A stretch of 64,000 nucleotides of DNA, from assembly GCF_022539665.2 (NCBI RefSeq), contig NC_081333.1, positions 6,076,001 to 6,140,000 of the forward strand, written 5' to 3'. Below the pieces are notes generated by a model. That model saw nothing but the letters and a program-made list of their open reading frames with translations, had not been told where the DNA came from and ran no database searches. Shown here in pieces: positions 24,017-36,478 of the stretch. Both the position numbers and the translations under genes were made by a program. Numbering within the stretch: position 1 is the first letter of the stretch; each line of letters opens with the position of its first letter. This DNA comes from Daphnia carinata. Its lineage: Eukaryota.

Positions 24017-26139
24017 TGTTAAAAAAACTACCTTACACAAAAATCACTAACGGCGACTGAGACGCTGTCTACTTAAAGAAGCATTGCCGAGCAATGGCAA
24101 AAGTCAAGAAAATTTTAATGGGTGGAATTATGCTTTGGAAAGTGGAATTCAATTTGGGGTATTACGCCCCTCTGGCAATGCAGTTTTAGGCGCTGGGGGT
24201 ATTGCGCGTTGACAGGCCGTGATTACAGTAGACCATGCGTTTAGGTTAGCTTGAGTTCTGGGAAAGCTTAAAATTCAACTTCCACCAGCTATGAAGCCAC
24301 AGGCTTGCCGTTTAGCTTACGAGAACCAAGCCATTAATATAGACGTAAGATAGAAAAAAGGGAGTCAAAAAAATATATATTATTTAGCATAAAACAACTT
24401 AAAAACAAGCATTAGTTTTGATAGGATTTTGATTTCAAATAATTAAATATTCTTAAAAACTTTACAAACCATACTGATTGATCAAAATGTAAATTAATAT
24501 ATGTTTGAAATGATCCAGTGGAAGACCACCCGCTGGAAATAAAAGTGTGATTCCGCAGTTGTCCTTTTCTCGAAAAACCATTGCCACAAAAAATTATGAA
24601 ACAAAAAACGAATCGTGGGAGTAAAGTAACATTAATTTTTGTAGCAAGTGAAAATTTTGCGTATTGTTAACATAAAGCTCATCTTGCAATGTGAAAAGCA
24701 CATCATTCCCAAATTTTGATAGGAAAGTAAAAACCTTGGATTCGTCCCTTCATGGGGTCATTAAAACTCAAAAGGAGCTTCCACCTACCAAAAGTGGCTT
24801 TTCAATTTCCTTCGTTGCGCTTTCTTGGATAACAAAACAAGATTTGACTATTTTCTTTCGGCTATGCAGATTTAGTTATTCAAGGGCGTCGTTCTCGATG
24901 ATAAGGCACCACAAAAGGGCTGATGCTATGTTTTTAAAAAATCACATTTTGAAAATTATTTTTTATAGCCTACATAAGTTGTACAACCCTCCAAAGTTCG
25001 AACCTTCTTGTTTGACGCTTAAGATCCTGCGTACCCTGAACACAATGTGCAATAGATAATTTAATCGATAGTATTATCTGAAAGCGAAATTCGAGGCTAG
25101 TAGTTGTAGTATTATGGTGTCGTCTACAGTCGTAGCGCATCCAAACCTGCACAGCAGCTAGTATCAATTTGGTTATTTTCGCAACCATATCCTACGTTCA
25201 GCAATACAGTTAACGACAAAACGATTGCAATTTTGAATGCCATGCCGATTGTGGACAGAAGATATATGAGCGGAGACACACCGAATTTAATCTGAAAATT
25301 CGTTTCTAAACGGGAGTCTTGTATACTCTATCTGGTCATTCTGGAATATACGCCGATCTTTTTAGAATTCAAGAAATTGTCCTTGTCCTCTCAAAAATCC
25401 TTCGGTTTCCCTATCTAGATTTGGAGTGTGTCACTTCAATGTTAGAGATTCAGAAGTAGATGGTTTACAAGAAAAGAACCTGCCAGTTTTATTCTTCAGC
25501 CTGGCGCTCGCCACTCCCACATTGCCTTTTACGACATGGCACAAACATCTTTGATGAGACAGTATATTATTAAATGCAACACCAAAGACGCGCGACATAA
25601 CCAAGTATATAAGCTTTAATTTGTCCGCTCTCGTTTCAATGAAAGTAATTGATATGTATTGCTTCCAATTTCTTATCGAAAATGTGTAATGTGAACTTCA
25701 CGAACCGGTCTTGAAGAAATTGTTGTTCTTTCTTTGGATTTACGTAGGCTAACGTTGTTGTACGAAATAACTGTAAACGACCATACATTAAGTCTTCAAT
25801 CGATAACAATCAGCTGTAAAAACAAATCCAACTTTAGCTACGTCCATGATGACGAATCACCAAAACTCATGTAATCGAAAAATGTTTGGAATTAAAAGAA
25901 TGTCATGTCAACTAAGAGCTAGTCGATAAATCAAACTTTTCTTGCACGTTGTTACCCCCTTCTTTATCGAATAAGATATGATGACTGCTAATGAACTACG
26001 CGACGAGGTTCAAAACTTTTTTATTTAGTTTGGCAAGTTGCCGAAAATAGAAGCCGTGAATATGTTTGTCTTTATACTTCAAAGTTCGTCCTACCAACAT
26101 GTCACGGTTTCATTATATTTATTGTGAAATACAGAACTC

Positions 26140-26672
26140 TGCAGCTATTTTTATTTATATTTATTTATTTATGCTTCATATCATAACAAATTATTCTTTC
26201 ATAACCTACAAAACTATAACTAGTTGTTTAATCACATAATTGGTTAATAAAATCAACAATCAAAAATAGAAATGCTATAACTAATTATTCGTCTTGTTGC
26301 CAATATGTTAAGGGTTAAATTCTTTATTTTTCTGATATTTATTTCATATTGCTGTTCACCTGCTTAGTATGAAATAAATATATAAATGAGCGTTTTTGAC
26401 AAAACGATAAAGAATGCTGTTTAGTATCCTTTTTCAATGTAGGATATGTAGGGGTATAATGCGAGAATCGTTTTTCACATGCCATATTTCACACACGAAA
26501 ACCGACGATAACCGATAAGCAAGTGAAGCTTTGCAGTAATCACCCCCTGTTAACGTTTTCGTTTGTTTTTAACGGACGAAGAGTGTTAACCAGAGATTAC
26601 CTTTCTGAATATCGCAAACTCCGCTCGATATTAGTGGCCCCCTAACCGACGAAAGCCGTAACCCAAATTAAC
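26140..26672. repeat. Diverged right-end fragment of the same CACTA/EnSpm family as ~29100-29642
   Basis: Long direct similarity to ~29160-29638 (e.g. GTTAACCAGAGATTACCTTT.TGAATATCGCAAACTCCGCTCGATATTAG), lacking the terminal AGTG. Confidence 0.8.
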
Positions 26673-26819
26673 GTACATGACACGAACAGCCTTACTTGAG
26701 TCGCTTCCGGCTCTGTCCTTCTTTCACTTGTTGACCAAACATAAAATGAAGCGCCAAATTCCAATGCTAAACAACCACGTTCCGATTCCTCTGGTTCGCA
26801 AGCCGGCCAATTTGGAGTG

Positions 26820-29642
26820 CACTGTTAGTTTTAGTTAGCGGTTTTCGTACGGAAAAATAGTCTGAAAGCGGTGGACAAGGGACGCATGATTTAACCGACG
26901 AAAACCGACGGTAGGTTTCCGAAAACGAAAATCGTCAGTTTTTTTCAGACGACTTTCGGTAAGTTTCTTTGACGAAAATCGTTATAAAATACCATCGAAA
27001 TTGGCCAATATAATTTTTTTATATACAGCTAAAAATGCAACCATAACCTCCCAGAAACCCTCCTATCCACCCCTTTATTTCCAAATATTTTTAATAATTA
27101 TGGTAACCCTCAATTTAAAATAAACAAAAATAACACAAAGATTTTCAACTAATGCTTTATTCGCAAAATGTGTACATAAATTTATTTAACAATAAATATT
27201 CCAAATGAAAAATGATTTGAATTGACAATCCGGGACCTGGAAACGGGTGACGTTCCTGTAATTCTGCAGACAGACCCAGTTCGCTCCCTAAAGCTCTTAC
27301 TTCACCTCTATGGAAGTCTATCGAGAAAAATTTTTAAAAGAATAAAAATCTTGTTAGAATGCCATAACGCAGGAAACACCTTAATATCATTACCTTTAAG
27401 AAGTTCTACTATACGGCCGCGAAGGCACAACTGACGAACCATTTCGGAATCGTTATGATGAGTCTTTATGGCATCAGCGCGCGAAGAATCCATATGCGAA
27501 GCTGACTCAAATTAAATGTGGCCTCAAAGTACCTGTAATATTTTCATAAATATTGAAATTAAATATTAGGCAATATGATGCAGTAAAAAAACAAGGGAAG
27601 GTTGATACCTTGTCCAAGAAGTAGTTTATCCCAAGTGAGGTTTAAATCGTTGCCGTTCTATGTGCCACTTTCACAAACATATCGCCAATAATACGCCGTT
27701 TTTCTTCCGGATTAACAGTCCAACACAACGACAAAGTTTGGCGACCATGCACTTTGGTGGAAGCATCGTAGAAAGTCAGGCTTGCTTTAACAACCCAAAA
27801 AAATATGGAACATCTAATCTGATCCCTGGTATGAAAAATTTCAATTAACTTTACTTGTTTTTGAACATACTATAACTGATTTAAAACAACCTTTATTTCT
27901 TTTTAAATATGAAGCGATAATAATTCCCTGAATAGACTTCATGGACTTCCACAATACACAGAGTGCCGATCACATCGGTTGGTAAATCAGATTGGCATGA
28001 AGGAGTTCTCAGTATAGCAAGTAGTTATTTTTACGTGAACATGCTTCACTCCAGGTAGAACAGCCCATGATGCTAATTTCTCAAGGAATGACATCCTGCA
28101 TCTGACCATCTTGTTTTCGAAAAATGACGTTGCTTACAAACGTTAAATAAACTTTAAGAAAAAGCTGTACCTTAATGTTTTACCTGGATGCCGCTGGACA
28201 AGCGTTGTACACTTTTCGCAAAAGGACCTATAACGTTTGAAAATAAAATATTACATGAGTTTTCTATTTATATAATATTAACTTACCTCGAGTCTACTTT
28301 TACAAATTAAGTACAATACAAATATTCCTAAAAAAATATCCCGAAAACAAGAGCACAAAAACTTCCTTCTTTAACGATAACATGACGCTTTGCTTTAACG
28401 TTGCCAATTTGCGAAATTCGCGTAATTGCCATTTTTTAATTTTATCTGCTTTGTAGCAGACCAAAATAAGCTGGAGGTTTTTGGGAAGGAAATAGGGGGA
28501 TTGGGGATGTCTAATAAATGGCTTTGAGTTGCTTTGCGGGATATCTCTGATTGGATTATTTTTTAATTGCCTTGCACAAAATTTATATTTCCTGCAAATG
28601 TAAAAATTGCGAGATTTCCAATTTGACATTTGTAAATTTAAAAGACGATGGGACGAGGTAAGAGCGTGGGGAGTAGGGTTGGAATTAGCAGACAATATAC
28701 TTATGTCATTGTTCTGAATTATATCGAACAATTATATTTTATATCGAGCAGATTTTGTAACGAATTGAATTGATTAGATAATATTTTAGGTAAATATATA
28801 TTTTAGATAAAGGTATTCTACGTTTCTTTTAAGAAACTTAACTTAATTATTTTTAAGGAGGCTTTTTGGATGACATGGCCCTTTATGTGGTCTAAATAAC
28901 CAACAAAACGAAATTTCAAACAAAAAATTTTAGCTTACAATTGGTTTTGGTCGAAATATACAGTATGTATATTGATACGTGCCAGATTGGTAAGAGATCA
29001 GATTCCAATCACAAAGGTATTTGTTTCAAGTCCAGTCACTGTCATAACATCTTTAATTCTCGATAAAAGTTTTTTTAACTTCAGTTTCTTTTTGGTACTG
29101 GAATTACACGATATTAACTACAACATTTAAGTTGTGAACATCAATAAAAATTCTTCTTCCCTATAACCTAAAAACTATAATTTGTTGGTAATACGTAATT
29201 GGTTAATAAAATCAACAATGATAAATAAAAATGCTATAATATAAAAATAATTTCTTTGTCCTGTTGTCAACTATCTAAAGGACAAAATTCTTTTTCATCT
29301 GAAATATATTTCATACTGCTGTTTACCTGCTTAGTATGAAAGAAATATAGAATGAGCGTTTTGGACAAAACGATAAAGGATGCTGTTTATTCTTCCTTGC
29401 CAATGTAGGACTGTAGGGGTATAATGCGGAAATCGGTTTCATATGCCGTATTTCACACAGAAATTCTGACGAAAACCATTAACCAAATGCACCTTTGCGG
29501 AAATCACTCGCGGTTAACGTTTTTCGTTGGTTTTTAACGAACGAAGAGCGTTAACCAGAGATTACCTTTGTGAATATCGCAAACTCCGCTCGATATTAGT
29601 TACCCCTAACCGACGAAAGGCGTAAACCCGAAATTAACAGTG
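26820..29642 (-). mobile_element. CACTA/EnSpm (CMC) non-autonomous element with captured gene fragment
   Basis: Termini CACTGTTA...TAACAGTG, 2-bp TSD TG, subterminal CCGACGAAA repeats. A remnant FLEKLASWAV..GVKHVHVK.LLAILRTPSCQSDLPTD (~27975-28095) resembles an EnSpm transposase N-terminus. Confidence 0.8.
27219..27800 (-). pseudogene. GMPS: GMP synthase fragment (three exons, two introns retained) inside the CACTA element
   Basis: [93 protein letters not shown] introns at 27533-27608 and 27318-27393; frameshifts present. Confidence 0.9.
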
Positions 29643-32600
29643 TGGATAAAGCAGTTGGTCCCAAGTAGTAGAGCCAAAACATTCCGTATTACGAGAAACT
29701 GCGGGGTGAGAGTACGCGTTCTGTTATGTGTATTAAAGGACTTTGTCGTCCTAAAACTCTATTCCCCGTCACATCTAATCACCTGAGTGACACTGAGGGG
29801 TGTTGGAAGAATTCAGGAAGTAGGTTAACTCCTTCGCTTATGCCAACGTCCCAACTGGTTACGTCTCATAATAAAAAAAAAAAAGATTGGCATTACTTTG
29901 ACACTGCATTTTTTACTCTGTGCCCTTACTATTTGGTCTGGCCTATTCCTAATCCTACCATCCGTTTTTGTTTCATCTTGTATTTGTTGCGACGCACATC
30001 CTTTGCCTTTTGGCTTGGGTTTACACCTGCTACCTCGGTCCGCTACCCACACAGCCTCCAAGTCCGAGAGCGGCACTTCTACTAGTAAGACGAAAAAGCC
30101 AGAGGTCAATTCACTATCTTCATCCATTACAGGTATGTTTCATAGCACTCCGTAGGAAAGCATGACAACTTGATTGGTTTCGTATTTGCCCCCGGATGCT
30201 ACCTTTGTTTCGGTGCAAATTTACGACCTACTGCATATTGTATGTATAATTTATTTGCCTCCTGATATTTATGCACTCCATACAGAAATCGCCTCGGGTC
30301 TCTTTATTTACCAAACGATTTCAAGTGGAATGTCACGTACATCTGCGGCTATTGCTATCATATGTGATTATATGGAACGAATTTTCGTTTTCAGCTGTTG
30401 CGGCAACGGGATCATCTACCAGAAACGGAAATGACAATCTCGCAGAAAATCGTAAGCTTTCTGCGAGAACCTTCCCTTCCGCGAGCTTCAAACCGACTTA
30501 TAAGGTAGTTGCCTGAATGAGATTTTTATAATTATCTTCCTATTCACAACTTGCATGCTTATTGTACGAAGTATTACTTGAAAAGAGATTACTAGTGTCA
30601 AACTGTAAATTCAAGTTCATAGTGAACCAATTCAAACGTTTGTTGTCTTGTTTTCTCATTGATATGGTTGGATTGGCACCATTCAGCAATTTAGGTTTTA
30701 TTTACGGCCATTTTATGTTGACAAGATTCTGCCACATAAATTCTCTGTTATTATGAGTCAACTGTTTCTCGATTTGCGCTCACGTGGTATTATTATTTTA
30801 TAGCTGGTCCAAAATATCAAGGAATTAATATAGCAAAATCTTTTCTACATAAAATGGGCGTAAATAAAATCTAAATTACAGTATCCATTTTTAACACCAA
30901 AAAAGTATGGCAATATATCTTACAAGTTCGTATGATCTTTTCTCGAGCTCTGTATGTTCGCAATTTTTTAAAAATCAAAGGAATCTTCTATCCAAGGTTG
31001 ATTGAATAACCAGATTTTCTTGTTCAATCTCTATAACATTAGTGAAAGCAAAAATGGTATCCAATTTGTCGTAACTAGCTGAGGAAAACAGAAGCCATCC
31101 CTCTGTATAACACTATTTTTATGAGAAGGCATAGATATGTCTAAGATTGGTTTTCCTTCGGCGCCGAAATGGTCCGCGTCACACCCTTCGTGTTGCAGGT
31201 GAAAATTGCCTTCTTTTCCTTTTGTACCATCCTTTGGTATGCCAGAAGCTAGTGTTGCACTACTGCTATTTTGTCCCTGACGATTGAGCTTTTAAGCCAA
31301 TATTTGGGCCATAGCTTTCAAAACGATTTTGGTTTAAATGTTTCAAGCTTAGCCCACTTCAGTGTTCATGTTTATGTACAATAATGCATTTTTGTAAATG
31401 TTCACAATATTCTTTTTTTTGCCATTGCTCAATGTAGGCAGTAAAAAATAATACAAAGGGTCAAACATTTCGGTCGATTGTTGACATTTTTAATGCTTAT
31501 CTTTCCTAGAGGGAAGTGAAGTGACTACCACAACCAGTAGTCGTCATTTTATCATACGATGCTCTTTGGTGTGTTGAACAGCTAACAAGCCTTCCCTAAT
31601 CTATTCGCACAAAATTCATTGATTATGGCAGTACAAGGTCGTTGGTGAAAAAACTTCCAAACTATTTAGAACTGCAGTAAATTATATACTGTAGCTATAC
31701 AGATGCCTTATTTTGCACGCAACCATATATACTCAGCTATTTCAGTATGAAATCCAATATTATCATAACCCGATAGCTTGTCAAAGAAGGCGAAAATCTT
31801 TGATTCAATAATTTCAAAACATATTTCAGATGCTTTAGTACAATTCCCCATTGATTCAATCATAATATGGAACCAGCGATACGTGAGATGAGCAATCAAA
31901 ATATTTTCAGGAAAATGAAGGTTACAATGTGATATTTCACTGATTCTCGATGCACGTTAATAATCGAAAATCTACGAAAACGTCAAGACCACGAACTCTT
32001 TCGATAAACCTGACCGATGCAAGCTACTTTTCTTTTCTAGCAGCGCTCTTGTAGAGATCTACAGACCAATCAGCGGTAGCAAAGTAAAGGATGGATTTCT
32101 ATTGGAAGTCATGGATCACTAGCCCGCCCACTCTAGCCCTGCGAACTCGTTCTGCGGGTTGGGCAATGGAGTTGAAACGGATGAAGCCTAATAGGAACAT
32201 GTAAAAGTGCTGTAGTATGAAAAGCCATGTGCTCGGCTTCGGTTCATTTTGTTACGGAAATTTTAGCCATCTTTAATCGACAGTGAACAGTACCATAGTG
32301 TGTTTTCTTTGGCAAGTGGTTGTTCGGACCGTCGAACTTATTTTACAACGTGCAAAACCTGATTAGCTAAACTTTTCCTGGAATTGGACTCCCGTCGCGT
32401 CAACATAAGAATTCAGTTTCGGAAACCACAGTTACAAACGGCTAAAGCACAGCGGAACAATCGCTTCTACAAAATGGGCAAGTAAACTGTTTACTAAATT
32501 GCATAGATTGGTAACCTGAATCGGTAAGCAGATAGGCTATCTTTACTTTTTTTCCTACTTCTGGTCGACCGAACGCAGTATTATTTCTACATCGCTGCAC

Positions 32601-35208
32601 GAAGCTTCGTATTAGGACATCATGAACTCTAACAAAAGAAAAATGACCGTATTTTAATACAAGTGCTGAAACACTGAATCAGCGAGAGTAAAAGGCACTA
32701 AAATTCAAAAAGCAAGATTTAACGTATTTCCTTTGAGCTAGTTTGTGACCTTTGTGGTCGCCGGTCAGTATTTATATTACCATTTCTTCGACCACACGCA
32801 GTTTATTCTGTGTGGGATGTCAAGACTTATCGTGCGGCGCCTAGTTTATGTCTGTGTTGACTAGTTGTGTTTATCAAATCACAAAATCCCGTTCATGTAG
32901 TTATCTCGTGCAAATGTGCAGATGTTGCGGGTCACCGTGGTCTCTCGATTGTGCTCGATGCGTTTTCCTTCTGTTTTGTTCATGACTGTCCAAATAACTT
33001 GCTCGTGAACATATCTCAAGTTGTTCCCGTACGACTCCGATGTTTTCTATTATAGGCCTATAGGATATGCATAGATAATGTTTGCAGATTTTGTCACAGT
33101 TTCTAAGGGGATTTTCGCCGTGTTTTTGCACATTATTTTCTACTTAAGAAACCGTTTTATTAACATCCCATTGCTGCTTTCGTAGGATTGTTTTCTGGAT
33201 TTTTTTTTTCATATTGCTCACATAGTATAGCCTATACAAATAGCCCACTGCTGGTCAACAAGGCCTTATGTATGTTGTATCACCGCTGGTTTCTCGACCT
33301 CCATTATCCAATCGTTTCATTATTTTTTGCGTTTGAAAAAGTTTCTCATTCTCCGTGAAACTGGTCCGTTTCATACATTGACGTGGTTTTTACTTTTTCT
33401 AATATTGATACTATCTTAATGCAATATTAGCTATTGTAGGTTGTATGAGATGCAGCCGACGTACATCACATACTTCAAGGTGGAATTTCTTATATAAGAG
33501 CTATCAAAGCTGTATTTCGTAGAGAAAAATCCCGAATCATCGTATTATAAATGGGTAGTGGGAAATTCCATAATAAAATTAATAGGATCACTATAGTTTT
33601 GCTGTACCATATCACAAGGATTTTTTTTAAAATCGGATGCTCATGCGGAAACATAAATAAATATTTAACTTAAATTTTTTCGCCTAAGAGTTTTTCGTAT
33701 TTACGATTGCCACGAATAACTTTAGCCTTTCCTTCATTATTCTGAAAACGATTTTTAAATAATCTAATATTCATAACGAATACCGTCAAATTCGGTCGAC
33801 TTCGATCTTTAACCGTATACACGCGATGGCAACGCCTAAAAATAACAAAACTACCATCAAGCTAGTTTCTAGGCGATCGTCAGCTTTATTTAATGTATAT
33901 AAACATAAAGTTTTACTGTTGGAACAAGCAACACTTTTTTACAAAATGGATTAACTTTGCCTAAGCTTATTACCCGCCATATTTTTTGGTGTTTCTCCTC
34001 CCTCTTCATGCTAATGCCCACTCCTAAATTATACCAGCTTATTGACATGTGTTTCCTATAAGGAACACGCTAAAGAATATTCAGTACAATTAAGTCCAAT
34101 TAAATGCACAAACTGCACAGGGAACTACCATAGAATTAAAATTTACACTCGACTTTACACGCGATTTTCACCTAACTTTATACGGACTATGTAGAGGTAC
34201 GAACATCCTGTCATATCAGTTTGACGTATCTATTTGACGTATCTGTTTGATATGAGCTTGACAAGTTTCACGCTTCGAGAAAAGCACTCAACAGATTTGT
34301 GCTTGATTCCATTTTGTACAAATAAGTACTAGGACAATTTACCTCAACAGCATCGTGTCTTTAGTGTTCAGTAGGACTGGCTGAATTGCCTTATAGGTAT
34401 ACTGGAAACTATGCTACAGACAGCGGCTTTAGTTTTTATTCTGCGTCCCCTCTTCCATCGTCCCCACCCTCTCCCTCCTTAACAGAAAAGAATTTACCCC
34501 GCAATTTCTGTCTTTGTACTTTTGCCAACGATTTGAAATATGCCAGAATGTCATGAACGAGCCATCGGGATGACGATGTTTGCCCATCTCACGCAATGCG
34601 TTTTTCCAGTTTTTGAGGACGAGAAAAGATTTCATAGTAGCACGCAGGCAGCACGTCATGTCATGCTCGAAACTGGATGTTTCAAGTATAACTTCTAAGG
34701 ATATACCCGCCATCCGAAATTCTTCCTCTTTTTTTCTTTTCTTTTTTTTCGATTTCCCTCTTTTTCTCTCTTTGTATTTGCTGCTTTCAGCGCGTGTTAT
34801 TTGTTCACCACGCGATAATGTGGGCATGTGCTCATAATTTTATTTGCGTGATTACTGGGATTTCGCATCTTATTTAGTTTGGGAATTTGTTGCAAATCGC
34901 ACGAGAATGCCGGTATTTAGGCTTAATTCTCAGGATGCTCCAAAGAGCCCTATACGATCCACATATATTAAATGGTATTCCACGAAAATTTTAATTCAAG
35001 TATGGTGTTCAATAGATCAGCCTGATTTGATGCTATTGTATTTGTATGGCAAAACTGCTAATGCTATGTGTTAACGGATAGAATGAGCGTTATTAAAAGT
35101 TTCTCTGTGCAATATTGAATTACGGCTAAACTTGTTTATCAACGACAATAATGTATAAATTTGATTGGGAATCATACAAGTTTTTAATCGATGCATTTTT
35201 GGAAATAG

Positions 35209-36478
35209 GCGATACGCAAATATCGCAATATGGCGAGGTGAATCAGCTCGGGGGAGTATTCGTAAATGGCCGGCCACTGCCTAATGCAGTTCGATTGCGC
35301 ATAGTTGAATTGGCTCAACTTGGCATCCGTCCGTGCGACATATCACGCCAGCTAAGAGTCTCCCATGGATGTGTCTCGAAAATACTGGCTCGTTACCACG
35401 AAACGGGATCGATTTTACCAGGAGCCATTGGAGGATCTAAGCCGCGAGTCACTACCCCCAAGGTCTGTTAAAAATCTATAGAGAACTGTATCCTGAATTT
35501 AGCTCTAGACTTTGACTGTTGTTTGTAAAGTTTCCCTCGTCGTTCGTGAAATATTTTTCAAACTTCGTTTTCTCTTGCTGCACCCTTCCCTTACATGCTC
35601 AAATATCATCCAGTTTACTAAAGCCTGTTACCAATCGCCGTATAGGTAGTGGGATACATTAAAGATCTGAAAAGTAAGGATCCTGGAATTTTTGCTTGGG
35701 AAATCCGCGATCGACTTCTAGCCGATGGAGTTTGCGACAAGTATAATGTTCCTTCAGTCAGCTCTATTTCTCGGATACTCCGCAACAAAATTGGAACTAT
35801 GGCTCATCTGACAGGCAAGTTGCCATTCAGTTCTTCCAAGTGTCACAGCTTTCGGTTTACCGGAAACATATAGGTGTAACGTCTAACATTACTTCAATAG
35901 GAAATGGAGTTGTGCATTACGACAAGCACAGCCACCACCACCATCCGATCACAACGTCTGGTGCTGCTAGTCAGACATCGTCTTCCGTGACGGCTTTATA
36001 CAACCCTTTGTACCCACCTTATTCCACTTACGGCGGAGTTAGTGTCGGGGTCGGTGTCGGCATTCATCATCAGTCGCCGATCGCAGCGACAAGTATCGGA
36101 CATCACATGTCACCGCGTAACAATCCACCTCTATCGCCAAATCGCCCATCTCCGGCCATATCGTGGCCTAGTTCTCACAGCGTCACAGACATCCTTGGTG
36201 TCGGTCTCAATATAAATGTCGGACTGGGATTCCGACCCCCCCAAGCACCACCTATGACCATCGCTGCACAATCAACTCCCATGTGTGCTGGTTCGGATGC
36301 ATCGAATGCGCACAACTACAACTACAATTACAATTACTACATGTACCTTCAGTCGTGTAATTCTGCGGCGACAGGCCATCAGCATGGATCCTCTAGTTCT
36401 TTGATGAACTCGGGTCACATGATGGCTAACGGTTCCGGACAATCCATTGTCAACAGTGTCCATGGCATCACGGCCTAG
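35209..36478 (+). CDS. Poxm: Pax1/9 (Pox meso) paired-box transcription factor; exons 35209-35462, 35646-35814, 35874-36478; first coding exon not resolved (candidates ~34540-34690)
   Basis: [122 protein letters not shown]; octapeptide [12 protein letters not shown]; no homeodomain. Confidence 0.95.

Larger units (their letters stand above)
11930..24237 (-). mobile_element. P-element superfamily (THAP9-like) DNA transposon with both ends intact, inactivated by nested insertions
   Basis: 18-bp TIRs CATGG(C/T)CTACTGTAATCA at 11930-11947 and 24220-24237. 8-bp TSD CGTTTAGA (11922-11929) / CGTTTAGG (24238-24245). Internal THAP domain and P-type transposase. Confidence 0.92.

Noticed and set aside
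24690..25900. Possible decayed membrane-protein or receptor pseudogene on the minus strand
   Set aside because: Many stops and no motif I can identify.
30560..31950. Possible degraded gene upstream of Pax1/9
   Set aside because: Short broken frames with no recognisable domain or consistent exon structure.
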